Assembly (NCBI GenBank): GCA_023213395.1
Contig: CM041465.1
Span: 137,089,741-137,153,740, forward strand
Reading direction: 5' to 3'
Origin: Cycas panzhihuaensis
Taxonomy: Eukaryota > Plantae > Cycadophyta
Length of the DNA stretch: 64,000 nucleotides
Of the stretch, positions 50,296 to 64,000 are shown piece after piece. The notes under the pieces are model-generated. The model made no database searches. It had not been told where the DNA came from and saw nothing but the letters and a program-made list of their open reading frames with translations. Numbering within the stretch: the stretch's first letter is position 1; each line of letters opens with the position of its first letter. A program made the position numbers and the translations under genes.

Positions 50296-53200
50296 TGGAA
50301 GGGTTCCATGGGTAATTTACACTAATTTGATACAAAGAGAATAAGAAAGATATGAAATATGCAACCAATAGATTTCTGTTATTGATTTGTTTACCAAAAA
50401 TTATCAAAAGGGACACTTGAAAGGATACCAAAAGATCACCAATTCATATAATAGTACATCATTACAAATAAACTCTAAATATAACCTTACTATATAAATA
50501 TTGGGCTTTAAATAGGCAAGAATGGCCCTTTCTCATAGAATTATATCGGTAGGAAGAACGACCCTTATTCCTATTGGAGGACATAAGTAGCCCGTGTACA
50601 TAAGTTCATAGGAAGCTCTAATCATCATGCACCTTGGTCACATGAATTAATAACCCAATTTCACTAGTGGTAGGTGATTATATAATAGGTCCCCCCCTCT
50701 TAGATGTTGAGTCCTTGAAGCTTATAAGATGAGGGTACTACTTAAAAAAATCATTGGACTCTCATGTTGCTTCCTCTAAATCACATTCAGGCCATTACAC
50801 AAACTTCTTAGAGATGGTTTGGTTTCAAAGGTGGCATTGATGGTTGGCAATGATACAGTTAGGGGGAACTATGAGTAGTTGCTTATCATTGAGGATGGGA
50901 AGGGTGATTTAGGGGATAATATTCTTTCCAAGGCTTTTTCGAAGGCAAGAGGCATGGAATACATTGTGGATCTTTATATTTAATGAGTGTTCAAGTGCAT
51001 AGACAACTTAACCAATCCTTTTATAGAAATTCACATGGAACATAATAACATAGGCTTAGCTTATGGCCTTTGTGGAACTCGAGAGATTGATATTTATATC
51101 ATTGGAGATACAAGAATGCTAAGTCATCAATGGAGAAATAGCGATCAGAACATGGGTAGACAACAAGTTGCTTTATACAATTCTAGGCATTCACTAAGTT
51201 TTGTTTAAGATTGTATAGGATTTAGTCCATCTCTTGGAGTTTTTACTAGACAAAAGCAATTCTAAGGTTAATGGCTAGAGTGTTGTGGGGCACTAGATGG
51301 TACCCATAAAGAGCCATGAATAATGTTATATAACCACTTATAACTAGAAAAACATGGATATTTATATATATGACCAAGATAGGTGAAGGTTAATATCAAT
51401 TACTAAAATGTGTGCATGGGTAATATAGGTCCACCAATAGAATTAAAGGTTAATTGCCCTACAAATAGAATTCCATGAGAAGTGGCCACTTTTTCCTACT
51501 TAAGGCTATATGTTTGTAAAGGAAAGGTTATGCCTTAAGATTATTTTAATATTATACATTTATATAACTTTAGTTTTCCTTTTGGTATACTTGTAAATGT
51601 TCATTCTTGTAATCATTTGTGCTTAAGCAATAAATTGAGACTTTTGCTTCATATTTTTCTCTCTCTTATTAAATATTAGTACAAATTATTGGTTGTAACC
51701 ATTACAAGTGGTGCCAATGTTATGTTTATGGATCTATTTGAAGCAACAAGGCATGGTCAAGAAGAAACAAATTAATAAGTATAGCATAAAAGTGAAAATT
51801 TTTTCTCCCATGGTGAAGTCTTTTAGACCCTCTATTCATTTATACTTTTTGTTTTGTAATTATATTCTATAATAATTTTGTAAGTCCTATACATTAGTTG
51901 TAAGTGAGTAATAAACCCTTCCTTCCTTTTCCTTAGAGGTTAGGTAGAGACAATGTCTTGGGGTTTATAAACATCATAGGGAACTATCATTCTTGGCCTA
52001 ACATAAGTAGGTATACACCCATATATGAAGCAAAGTAGATTACACTGCTTACATAGGCCTTGAATAGTACCTACCTATAAAAATAAGCCTCTACATACCT
52101 TTAAGTATATCATAGAAACCTTTTAGGTTCCCCTTCCTTACCTAGCAATAGGTAAATTATCAACTGCGTATTGTCTATAGTGCACTAGTTAGTGGTTAGC
52201 ATCGAAACATTACCATTTTCAAACACCTTTGCACTACTCTTGTGACTATAGAAATAAATATTCTTTTATAGTTAATACCCTGAGATATTAGGTTGAGTGT
52301 TAGAACTGATAAATATGTTTATCAAAGGGCCCATAGACTAGGTAAACCTGTGCTAAAGTCTAGTAGAATGCCAAGTGCATACAATTGTTGAGACTATTAT
52401 GCTTCCTCAATATTGTTGTATTACCAAAATTGCTATACTTCTATGATATGACTATATCACTAAAATTACTAGGAAAATATAAATCTACCTCAATAAATTC
52501 TCTACCATTAGTAACATAACAATGTAAGACTACATTAACAACATAATAACTTAATAGCTTAATGCTAACTTATAGTAGAAGGTAAGGTATTTGCTTATAA
52601 TACAACATAAATCATAACACCAAAGAATTTATAGGCTTCTCTTAACCAAACCTTCAGGTCTTCTACCTATCTAAATATTTAGTTCAAAGTCCATTGTCTA
52701 AAAGAAAGGGGAAAAAATACATAAAGAGCCTTCGTAGGGTCACATTTAGAAATATTTCTTTGTTTTAGATAAAACCTACACCATTAGACTTAGTGTAAAA
52801 ATTCTGAAAACAAAAAGAAAAAAATATCCATAATTCTAAATTAACCTTAGCTATTTATCCATATTATTTCGATTAATGTGTCATGCTGATCATTTTACAC
52901 TAGGTTAATTTTAATCAATTTTTTGGGTTAAGAGTATATAGGTACCCCATGGATCCCACATCCCAAATTCTCCATTTAGAACTCACATACCTTATTTCGA
53001 TGAGCTTTTTGTGTTTATTCTATTATACTTGTTAAATTTACTACACATTTTTGGTCCAACAAGTTATATACACCCCACCTCACTCCCTTCCTCTCTACAT
53101 TGCTTCTTAATTCTTTAGGGCCCATTCTTTCTATCTTGTCATCAATTCGCTTATCTTGTTATGTCTTTCTAATCCTTTATCAAAATCCTTTCTCCTTTAA

Positions 53201-56200
53201 TAATACGTATTTATCCCCATGATAGCTCCAATTTAGGTAGATCATATATTAACATTGGAAACCCAATTCATTAGTATACAAGATACCTAGAAAGGTGGCA
53301 TGGTTAAGATGATAATGGATATGGCAAACTTTGTCACCTAAATAGACTTTACAAGGATGATGAAGGAAATAACAAATTTGAATGCTCAAATGTCCAACTT
53401 CACTTTCACATCTAACTCCACTGCCAATTCACATGGTGATACTCCTTTGCCTTGTTAATAGATTCCTCCTCCCCCACCATCTGCAAATAATCATTTAACC
53501 ACAATTTTAACATACTAATCTTTGATATAGTCCTTAATAAAAAATCCACACATAGTTAGAATTGCAAGTTAGATTGTTACTTTTCTCTTAATCCTATGTC
53601 TTAAGTTGAGTAATTGATGTTTGCATCCATCCTTATGTAGGGTAAGGCATATCATTGGTTCTAGTGATGGAAATGTGAATACCCAATCAATCATATATGG
53701 GATTAATTTTATAAGAGTTTCTTTGAACAATATGAGGGGACTTGGAATCAATCCTTCTTTAATCAACCCACTTGGCTAAAGTAGAAAACATCTATGGAAG
53801 TTTATACTAATGAGTTTTAGGCTATTTAAAATAGAGTCAACCAACCCTTATGCAAAGAAATATACTCCAGGTCATAGTAGAATTTGTAAAGTAGAACACA
53901 TGGTGTGCAACATTGGCCCTATAATATCTTTTGAGGAAGATTCTAACTCCTATAATTAACTTGAAGAAGAACAACCTTTGGAAGCTCCCCCCCCCCACCC
54001 TAAAACTAAAGTATCCTTATCTACTATTACCTCTACCTCTTGCTTGGAAGCACTCTAAGGTAAAGGCACTTTAAGGAAGACCTCTATCACCATTTTGATC
54101 AATAGTGATGCATTGCTAAACTTCATCGATATCTCATTACCTAAATAACTTAATTTGTACATAATGGTAAAAACTAGTATCATCTATTCCTTGCTTGGCT
54201 ATCACACACTCCATTATGTTGGTACTATAAAAAACTTACACATCCACATTGGTAAATACTATCCTTGGAGTCTAATGGCTTCAAAACTTGGGCACATATA
54301 TCACTAACGATTGCCCTAATAACCCTTTCTTTTTATTTAAAGACCAATTTGGCCAAACTCACAAACTACATGGTCTCCAATTACCCTCATAACAAGCTCA
54401 TTTTGCCTAAATAAATAAGCAAGAAATTAAACAATAGTCCAAGATATATAGTATATCTCAATAACATTTTGTCCCAAATAAATACTCACTTAGATAACCA
54501 AAACATCCTCACTAAATATTACGTAGTTTTTGTCCCTATTTATAGCAATACCCCCTAGATAATAAATTTCATCATATCATTGAACTCCAAAACCTGCACA
54601 ACCCTATTAACTTACACCCTCATTGAAATTTATATTTTCAAAAAAAAAAATCAAACATATTACTAATGAACTTATGCATATGGGATAATACAACCTAGAA
54701 AGAGCCTTTACCTAACCCCCATTATCCTCATATAGAAAATAGATGGCTCTTTTTAACTTTGTATTGATTATCATGAACTTAACAAGCTTACTATAAAAAA
54801 TAAAAATTTAACCCCACTAATTGATGATATGTTGGATGAAATTAATAGGGCAAATAATTTCTCGAAATTAGATCTATAATCAAGATATTATCAAATTCTC
54901 ATTGCTCCTAAGGATAAACATAAGACAACCTTCTAAATACATCATGGCCATTTTGAATTCTAGGTCACGCTATTTAGCCTATGTAATGCTTCAACTACAT
55001 TTCAAGCCTTAATGAATAAGACATTTACTTGATACCTTTTAAAATTTATTATTATCTTCTTTGATGATATATTCATGTATAGCCCTAATATGTTTTTACA
55101 TCTCTAACATTTAGAAATTACTCTTTAGATGCTCACTAAAATCAATTTTATGCTAAAATATCTAAGTGTGAATTTGGGAAAACTAAACTATAATGCTTGG
55201 GCTATATCATTTGCTTAGAGGGTATCCACATCAATCTTGATAAAATTTTAGTCATCAAAATTTGGCCCACCTCAAAAAATCTCATATAATTATGTGCTTT
55301 TCTTGGGCTAATGGGATTCTATCACCAATTAGTCAAAAACTATACTTCCATCACAACCCCCTTAACTAATATGCTTTGTAAAGACACCTTTCAATGGTTA
55401 CTAGGTACTAATGATGCCTTTAATCATCTAAAGATGCTTATATTGGCCACTCTAGTCCTTGCTACTCCCAACTTTTCTTAAATATTTCAACTTGAATGTG
55501 ATACTTCAGGAGTTAGATTATGAGTTATCCTCATGTAGGACTCCTATCTAATTATGTTTAAAAGCCAAAAATTCAAAGATCATGCGTGTTAGCTATTAAC
55601 CTACTAAAAAGAAATTAAGTCTATTTTACACACTACATACAACTGTCATCAATATCTGCTTGGGTCTAAATTTACCATTCTAATAGACCATCAAAGCCTC
55701 TATCGTCTCTTAGACCAACCTATTCATTGCTTACAAGTATTTAATTTCATAATTTTTTATAAAAAAGAAAAGGATAATATTTTTATAGATGCCCTCTCTT
55801 GCTTACTACCTAAATCCATAATCCAGGCCATCTCCATACTCCCACCCTTATGGTTACAAGAATTGGCATATGATAACCAAGCCTAACCTAATTGTGCCCT
55901 TTGGACAAACAAAGTCAAAGCCCGTTAGGATTAGACCTTACATAATAACCATCTCCTCTAACAAAATTGTATCTATATTTATCCAACATCCTCCTTCACC
56001 CCTTATATCTTATCAAAATATCATGCTAACCCCTTACGAGGTCATTTGAGGTCTGACAAAACCTATCGTTGTACTCAATCAGATTTTTATTAGGTGTATA
56101 TAATGTCATCTCTCCTCACCTCTATATCAGAATGTGATACTTACCAATGTAACAAGGTAGGCACCAAGGCCCAAATAGAACTTCTCTAGAAACTTCATAT

Positions 56201-58435
56201 TCCTTAAGGAAAATGGTAGGACATAGCCCTGGACTTCATTATTGGCATTTCATCATTTGTTGGGTTTAATTCTATTTATGTAATCATTGATTGATTAACT
56301 AAATATGCATATTTCCTACTAGTGCATGCAACCTAGAAAGCTCCCTACCTAGCTAACTTATACAACTAATCTATCTTATACCTTCATAGATTTCTATCTA
56401 TAATAGTATTTGATGGAGACCCTCAATTCACTAGTTTATTTTGGTGACGAATCTTCTATACATTAGGAACTTCCTTTAATATACATTCCTCATATTGTTA
56501 ATAAACAAACAATTACTCCAAAGTTCTTAATAAAACCTTGGAAATATACTTACTATGCTTTGCCCTAGAACATACAAATAAGTGGACCTCTTGGTTAGCT
56601 TTAGTGGAATATTGGTATAATTCATCCCACCACTCCGCTATTGGTATGCCCTGCTTTATGGTCCTCTATAGCTACCTATCACCATCTCCCTACACATTGG
56701 CCACTAACCTTTGAACTACCATGGTTCAACAAAAATTATAAAACATGGATCAAGTCTCCCACACTCTTAAATAAAACCTAGTCTTTGCTCGAAATCACAT
56801 GAAGTAGTTAGTTAATTACCGCCATTCTGATCAATTATTTTCTATTAGTGACTTAGTCTTTGTTTGCCTCCAGGCTTATAAGCAAGAATCCCTCTATAAT
56901 AATAAAAACCATAAGCTTAGTTCTCAATATTATGGTCCTTATAAGCTTATTCAATGCTTTGGTGAAGTTCCCTATTCCCTCGAACTTCTCTGTGATACCA
57001 AAATCCATAATGTCTTCCATGTTTCCTATCTTAAAAAGTACTTCAGAAAGATCATTATCCCTTAAACTACTCTCTCAATTCTTAATGAGGAATAACTCCT
57101 CATAGTTCCTCTAGAATACATATTAAATAGTTGGCAATACCATCTCTAAAATAAGACTATCTCTGAGTATCTGATGTAATGGGCTATCTATGAACGCGAA
57201 GAGTCAATGTAAGAATTAACTAAATTTGTCAAACATTGTCCACATCTTCAATACTTTAGAGACTCAATATCTCAAGGGAGATGACTTATTATATAATTGC
57301 TTATAGTTAGAAAAACATGGATATCTATACATATGACCAAGATGGGTGAAGGTTAATGTTAACTATTAAAATGTGTGTATGGGTCACATAGGTCCATCAA
57401 TAGAATTAAAGGTTGATGGCCCTACCAATAAGATTCCATGGAGAGAAACCACATTTGCCTATCTAATGCTAGATATTTATAAAGGTAAAGTTATGTCTAA
57501 ATATTATTATGATATCATACCTTATTATGACCTTAATTTTCCTTTGAATATACTTATAAGTATTCATTCCTGTAATCATTGGTTCTTAAGCAATAAATCA
57601 AGCCTTTTGTTATATATTTGTATCTCTCTTGTACTCTCTCCTGCTAAATATTCGCATAAATTATTTCTTAGAACCATTCCAAATAGGAATATATCTATGG
57701 TCAAATGATGTGATGAGTTTTACCTATATTCATCAACAGATATCCACTAAGTCCACTTAGCTTGATGATTAGAAGCAAAACATTGTAGATAAGTTTCTAA
57801 TGTTTTATTTAATACTGTTGATTGGTGATCATTTTATAAATAGTGGGCCTTACTCATGTTAAATGAGACTCTTGATACTCCAAAGAGTTCTTGCCAAAAA
57901 GATCTAGTGAATTTAGGATCTAGATCATAAATAATAATAGAGGGAAACCCATGTAGGTGAAATATGGATTAGATGTATGGATCTATAAGATAAGATGCCT
58001 TATATGAAGTGTGCATTAGAATGAAATGGGTGTACTTAATTAGCTTATTGATGATGATTAAGATTAGGTCAAATCTAATAGAGATTAATAGACTTATGAA
58101 TAATTCCATGACTATGTCTTACTAATTTTCCTAGAGAATGTATAAACACTAGATAAGACCTAACAGATCTTTAGTGTCCACCTTATTTTTTTAACAAGTG
58201 ACATACTCAAACATAAAGATAAGGATGTTGGACTTCATAAGAAACCAAAAGAAGTTTGCACAAATATGGAAGTATGTCTTATAAAATATAAAATAGATAG
58301 TTATAAGAGTGGAATGGTATTTAGATAAGATGTGAGGGATGAAGGAGGTGGTGGCTTGGATACTAGATGCGCGTCTATGGGATAATCACCTAGCTGAGTA
58401 GGAATAGTGAGGATGATCAATAACAGTATCAAGGG
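50296..58435 (-). mobile_element. Chromovirus-type gypsy G, 3' part (3' LTR 50296-50687, PPT 50688-50701, integrase/chromodomain remnants); interrupted by F and H
   Basis: Minus strand VLNKTLETYLQCFAS...WISVDEYR (~57820-57700) continues as FMALYGYH left of F; PPT AAGAGGGGGGGACC; LTR end resembles that of F. Confidence 0.8.
51324..57681 (+). mobile_element. Chromovirus-type (Reina-like) gypsy F, degenerate
   Basis: LTRs 51324-51706 and 57287-57681, TSD AATAA/AATAG, PBS-like TGGTGCCAATG at 51709, RT ([13 protein letters not shown]; FFDDI), RNase H, integrase (DIALDFI), chromodomain (NKTISEYLM*W) ~57110-57215. Confidence 0.9.
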
Positions 58436-61400
58436 TGCAGATAGAAACCTACAAGCGAAGCGAGTACCACGCAAGGAGCCCCGTGCGCCGGAGCACGAGT
58501 TCGGGACCTGCGGATGATACCCAACTACCTAAGAGTGGTTCCCCACCTCAAAGAGAAAGGGAGAAAGGGAGAGAGGTATCCTGGATAGACTTAGGAGGAA
58601 AGTCCTCCCATCCTTGGATGGCCGGAAGGGGAGGAAGAGAATCCTCAAGGGTTTCCCTATGACGAAGGGAAACAAGCGGGAGCAAGGTAGGCGATAGCCT
58701 ACGATGCGGCTAGGATCTTATTGGTTATTTGATCAAACAAATAGAGCTGAGAAGAGGAGAAGGGAGAGGGAGTGGACAACAATCCCAAAATCTCCCTTAA
58801 TGATTCGACCAGGAAGGCGAGAGTGATGTGGCATATGCAAGCAAACAAAACCAAATAAAGAAAACAAGCCAAAAGGGGCAAGGATTGGTTTTGCAAGCTG
58901 AAGAAAAGACGAAGGAAAAATCTCCTAAAGTCTTTTCTCTAAGTGAATGCGGTGTGTAATATGTAAATATATAAATATGAGTAAAATATGTTAATTTTCT
59001 TTTCCCTTTAATGTTTCACCTATTTAACTAATACATAGACCACAACTAAAAGTGTGAAAAGGAAAGCAAGGGCAAGAGGAAGAAGTACGTACCCGGGAGA
59101 GTAGCGGCCGATAGGAGACCTCGCTCACATACCACGCACGTCCTCGCTAAGCCCACAGATAATGGAGGGGCTTCCTTACCTTCCCCTTCCAAAAGGAAAA
59201 AAAGAAAGGAAACAAAAATGAAAGCAAAGAGCAAAACACAAGAGACATTACCTGGATCTAAGTGCTTGACACCTTTGCAAGAGCACCGTGGCAACTTGCA
59301 CATGCACAAACCTATCCCTTCCAAGAAGGGGTTGCAAGAGACAATCTATGTATATGAAAGTATATATAAGTGCTATTAATATTAGAATGTTAGAGAAAGA
59401 TAATTGCTGCAACAAACTCTACAAACCCTCTCTCAAACAAGGCTAAGCATTAAGCGAAATGATGCAAGGGAAGCCTCAAGATGGCTAACCCTCCACTAAA
59501 ATCTCCACACGGCTCATAGACGCAGCAAGGTAGCAGGTAAAAGCCACTAAGGACAACCAAAGATGCTAAAGGAAAAAGGCAACAAAGTGTTGAGAGGTAA
59601 GCGGGATGCGGAGTTGCTATGGGCAACAATCTGGTGCCCAAACCCTTGCTAATGAGGACAAGGGGTACCCAACAACATGGGGGACTCTACGGGGGTCCAA
59701 ACGAGAGGCGAGTAGGCCTAGAATCAGCACAACAAGTGGCTGCATATGCTGACAGTCCAGCGCTGGCCTAGGGCTCAATCTCTCCTAATAATCTCAAGAA
59801 GAACGTGGGATGAGAGAAGAGAAGGTGGGAAGGGATTACCCTTGGAGAGAAGGACTGAAAGGGGGGTTGCCCTGCCTTACTCTCTTCACCTAGCCTTGGG
59901 GCTCTTCTCTCTCTATTCTCTTGAAGAAAACTAGCAGAGGAAAGGTGGAGCCAAGAAGCAACAAGGAAGATACAATGGAAAGACAACTTTTCAATGGTGA
60001 AAACTGAAGGAAATGAGTAAATAAAGCAAGAAATAGGTCCAAACAAGGAGTAACTCACCAAAAAATAGAAGAAAGGAGTTGGTAAGACCTGCTGGGTGGA
60101 TGTATGATAGGCCTGGGCCTACTAACAGCAAGAAGGAGGGCCCCTACAGGGGTTTGCAGGAGGTAAATCCAACAGACAGCTGAGAGGAGCACTGCTGGGC
60201 GAGTAGTGGAGGAATCAGTGCCAAAAACACTTGATGGAACCTGGAGAGAGGCTTCCTACCATGGAAGTAAAGAGTAGCATGTGTGTCATGGCCTAAGGTT
60301 GTAGGAAACACAGGCCTGCAGAAACACCTGTGACAGAAGGAGTTGGAGAGCAGAAGTTGCAGTAGAGGTTCTTGTCTTTGAGAGCCAAAAATGACCTAAG
60401 AGTCCCTCAAAATGGTGAGGGTTTGAGTGTTTATACCCATCCCAACCCTAAGAGGTAAAATAGGACACGAATATGGATGAGGTGGATGCGAGACCACGTG
60501 GCAATTTCGTGGGAAACGTGAGAATTGCCACGACATATTTTGAAAAATAACTTATGACAGTTGCACTGCGGTAAACTTTGTGGTACCATGGTAAACTTCA
60601 GATGCTAAGTTTACAATCTGATGACCGTAAAGCTAGAATGGCAGATTTTTGGGTTCCATGAGCTTTAGGAGATGACTTGACAGGCCTGGGAGGGGCTGGC
60701 CCTCCTGTCTAGGTGGTTGAGATAGTCCAGGAAGCACTTAGACAGAGTCGGGCAAACATTAATAAGCAAAGATCCCAAAACGAAGTCAAGACAGGGGTAT
60801 GAACGGATCATACGAACCAAAAAAGGGAACTGAGACAGCGTGGAGACAGCATGGAAGGTCGTATAGTGCCATGGGGATGCCTACCTTGCGGAAAGGTAGG
60901 TCCCTCTGGGTCATCATAGGCTCATAATACGACAGGCAGCATGAACAGGCAACACATGCAAAGCAATCATGCAAATGAAGCAAACAGTCATGCAATGAGG
61001 CATCACTTTTGTCAACCTTTCCAACGAAAGAGTGCAAGTGAAAAGGGAGAAGCATACCTGGGCTTACCTGAGTCGACCTGTCTGTATCCATTCCCGGTAG
61101 CCAGGAAACACTGCCCCCTTGGCAGCAGAGCTTCGCCACTCATAAGCATGGTGCGATGGCAAATGTTGGCAACACAATTGTCAGTAGCACATGTGCATGT
61201 ATATATATAAATCATGATTGCAACAGGAGTCAAGGGTGCTGGCGAGTGTCGTGGCGGAACGCGTGGATACGAGGACAGGGGTGGAGACAACATAGGGGCT
61301 GCCTATGTGCCACCCAGGAATCGACTGGAAGATAAGAAGGATGAGGGGGCTGCCCCCATTGCAACAAGATGCAAAGAGCTATGCATGATGTCAAGTAAGA

Positions 61401-61532
61401 GAGATAAGTGAGAAAACCTGGTAGTCGCTATAATTTAACCTCATTAGCGGCTGGCTTTCAGAGGTGCGAACAGATTGCAAGGTGATGTACATGACGGCCT
61501 GAGGCTTGGGCGACAGAGCAACCAGACAAGTC

Positions 61533-61955
61533 TCAGGGACGGTCAGCAAGAAGGGGAAGGCAGCGCTCAAGGATGAGGCAAACAAGACTATCTACCTCAG
61601 CGTTGAGGGCCCGAGGAATGTGTCGAATGTCAACAGACTAGAAACAGGCCAAGAGAGATCTAGCGGTCAGAGCAAAGGCTCTCAAGTGAGGGCATCGCAC
61701 CTGGTAAACTTGGGTGAGATGGGATACCATAACCTAGGAGTCGCAAAGAAGAACAAGCGATCCATGATGAAAATAGAGTGCATCGGTGAGGGCCTCAATA
61801 ATGGCCGTGTACTCAGCTTCGTTATTGGTAGCCTCGGGGAGAAAGATTCCAGAATGTAGGAAGTCATGTCCGGAAGAGCTGCGAAGAATCCAAGCAGCAG
61901 CAGAAGGTCTAGGGTTACCATGGCTTCCGCCGTCGGTGAAAATGTAGAGTGACAT
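61533..61955 (-). pseudogene. Stand-alone RNase HI (aRH-type) ORF, 140 aa with two internal TAG stops
   Basis: MSLYIFTDGGSHGNPRPSAAAW...ATNNEAEYTAIIEAL...LCDS*VMV...IRHIPRALNAEVDSL; D-E-D-D catalytic motifs visible. Confidence 0.88.
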
Positions 61956-63172
61956 AGATGATAAAAGGAGATGTCTCAGTGAAAAAATAAGCAATAAGAT
62001 AAGAGTCAAAGCAAAAAGAGGCTCGTATGGCAGGCAATAGGTGGCCGCGAAGGGTAGGAGGACCTGGCAATGAGGCTACCCAAGGACAAGAGTAGGTTAT
62101 CCGACCACTACCTGAGAGTGGGTTGAAAAAGGGCACCCTGGGATACCAAAGGTTGCTTGGGAAAGCAAAGAGTGCCCCCGAACAGGGGGAGCATTCCCTC
62201 TGGAGGCCCCAGGGGCAGAAAAGAGCTGCAAAAATTGGTCTGGGATGGCGAAACGATCCAAACGAATATAAACTCAGGCATGCACAGGAGTGGCACGCAA
62301 AACGTGACAAAAGGGCCCTGCGAAAAATGCATTGGAAGGGTGCCATAAATGCATCTGCAAGAAGAAGCGAGTCGAAGGCTATGGGAGCACAATAGGAGAT
62401 AGGGCCAGAAGGCAAAGGTGATCGGGGGACAGAGACAATCTAGAGGGCTGTCACGAGGGCGAAAACAGAGACAGTACCCATCGGGGTCCCCGCCTATATA
62501 AGGAAATTCGACAGAAAACAGATTCATTTTCACGGGCTCTCAAGAGAATCCAGAGCCATTCCCTTACGCAGCAGAGCGCTACCTAACTTTGGAGGCACGC
62601 AGAGGGAGATCAGACCATCGGATCAGAGCGAGAGGATAGCAGTTAGGACTGTCGAGACGAGATGACGAGTGCTACGTCAGATCCAGTGAGTGGATCCCAC
62701 AAAACCCAGCCCATCTCGTGGTTTCAATTTTATTGCTTTTTGTTATTTTTACATGGGTTTTTGGGCCCCATATAGGCAAGAAAAGGTCTCCCAAAGTTCA
62801 AATTGGACCCAGAAAGAGGCAGGATCGGGGCATTAGGCAGCCCTGGTCTCGGTGGGCTCCACAGGGCCCACCCAGAATTTTTTTTTTTGTTTTTTTAGGC
62901 AGGAAAACCCCCCCTTTTGGGTCGGTGCTGTTCGCACTACGACAAAGATCGCGGTGTCGCGATCTTTGCCGTGGGGCCCCGATCACCGCAGGACTCGTGC
63001 CAAACTTCATGGTACCGCGAAGTTTGGTGCGGTGCGAAGGCAGAACTGCAGGAAAAGAAAGATAGGGGCCTAGGAGGCCCCAAATCTCGATCAGGTGGAG
63101 CTGATGGGTGGTTGAAGGGACAAAGAGCTAATGTAGGCTAAGATCTTACTAGTTTCATAATGTTTGCAGGTT

Positions 63173-64000
63173 ATGATCGTGGTGGAAACCTGCGAGAACA
63201 TAGGCATGGCCATGTTGAGCTTCATCGAGATGATGAGCAGGGAGGATAAGGGAGTCCTATAGAGATGCGGGTTGTTGAAGGTGATGAGGACACCTCAGTA
63301 CATGTCAGACCAGAGGCTGCTAATAGACATCGTGTCACACTGGGATCAGAGGAGGCACGTTTTCTACCTACCCCAGGTGGGAGACGTAATAGTGACACCT
63401 AGGGACATTAGATGTATACTGGGAGTACCAGCGACTGGGAGGCCGATAGCACTGGGAACGCTGCCTAGCAATGAGGTAGCACACAGGGAGGCAGTGACAT
63501 TCTTTACAGGATCAGATAGATGGGAGAGGCGAGGGGTTCCTCTCCAGGCTATAGTCATGTCAGGGATTCCTCAAGTGAGGAAATTGATTACTTTATGCAT
63601 TCTGTTTTAGGTTTCCTAGAAACAGAACTATAGGGACATCCTAGGAGGGTGGATGGATGTAGTGCGCCGATGCGAGGCTGGCGAGAGGATGGACTGGTCC
63701 ACTCTGATAGTGGCAAATCTCGTTTCACAGTTAGACGCCATCAGAGCAGTAGGCTGGGGAGGACTGTCATATAGCACATTATTAAAGTGTTGGTTTTTTT
63801 ATCACTTTGGGGCAATGGCACCAGTAGGGGGACCACACCCTATTACAGAGTGGGCCCCGATGGTCCACAGATGGCAGACTAAACTGAGAGGGACAAAGGA
63901 CCAGGCTCATGTCCGACGCTTAGTGGAGGCCACATTGCTAGACCTCCTCACCATGACAGACTATATAGCAGATCCATACAAGGCAGTGAGGTGGGATAAC
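63173..64000 (+). pseudogene. Plant mobile domain (PMD, MAIN/MAIL-like) ORF with three in-frame TAG stops; runs off the window
   Basis: LLIDIVSHWDQRRHVFYLPQVGDVIVTPRDIRCILGVPATGRPI...DWSTLIVANLVSQL...LLKCWFFYHF...HRW...DPY follows the PMD pattern. Confidence 0.85.

Larger units (their letters stand above)
58436..64000 (-). mobile_element. Probable Tat-lineage gypsy H, 3' region (putative LTR ~58436-61110); continues beyond the window
   Basis: Abrupt composition change at TG 58436 where G integrase stops; minus-strand TATA-like motif ~60430; PPT-like AAGGGGGCAG at 61111-61120; aRH and PMD ORFs. Second LTR and pol not in the window, so boundaries and strand are inferred. Confidence 0.55.

Noticed and set aside
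58435-61411. Many short ORFs on both strands
   Set aside because: Located in putative LTR/UTR sequence with purine/pyrimidine skew; no recognisable domains.

Overview
Eukaryotic DNA from a large land-plant genome (gymnosperm-like or fern-like is my inference), made almost entirely of nested, mostly decayed retroelements with heavy C>T decay. No intact host gene is present; the only host-gene trace is a ~30-codon SEC13 5' fragment at 21145. Nest 1: a minus-strand Ty3/gypsy (gag at 1-330), then copia Z (1617-2949), interrupted by copia B (2950-19825), interrupted by a full-length non-chromovirus gypsy A (5381-16627, minus), itself interrupted by a tandem array of a tiny TRIM (9127-10111). Nest 2: copia C (24562-29365) containing a solo LTR. 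Nest 3: degenerate LTR element E (29413-46716) containing copia D and, in its 3' LTR, a full-length L1 LINE that carries another solo LTR. Nest 4: chromovirus G (minus) interrupted by chromovirus F (51324-57681) and by a Tat-like element H with a free-standing RNase HI ORF and an oppositely oriented PMD ORF. The most notable signal is the TRIM family. Its 70-bp LTR, tRNA-Met PBS and internal start together form a tRNA-like A-box/B-box (putative Pol III) promoter. It occurs as a heterogeneous tandem array without TSD, and also as one unit placed exactly between two PBS copies of an unrelated autonomous gypsy. Also notable: a solo LTR with tandem PBS copies in its U5 end, two extra capsid-like domains between protease and RT in gypsy A, and mosaic LTRs in gypsy A. 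All alignments and translations were done by eye.
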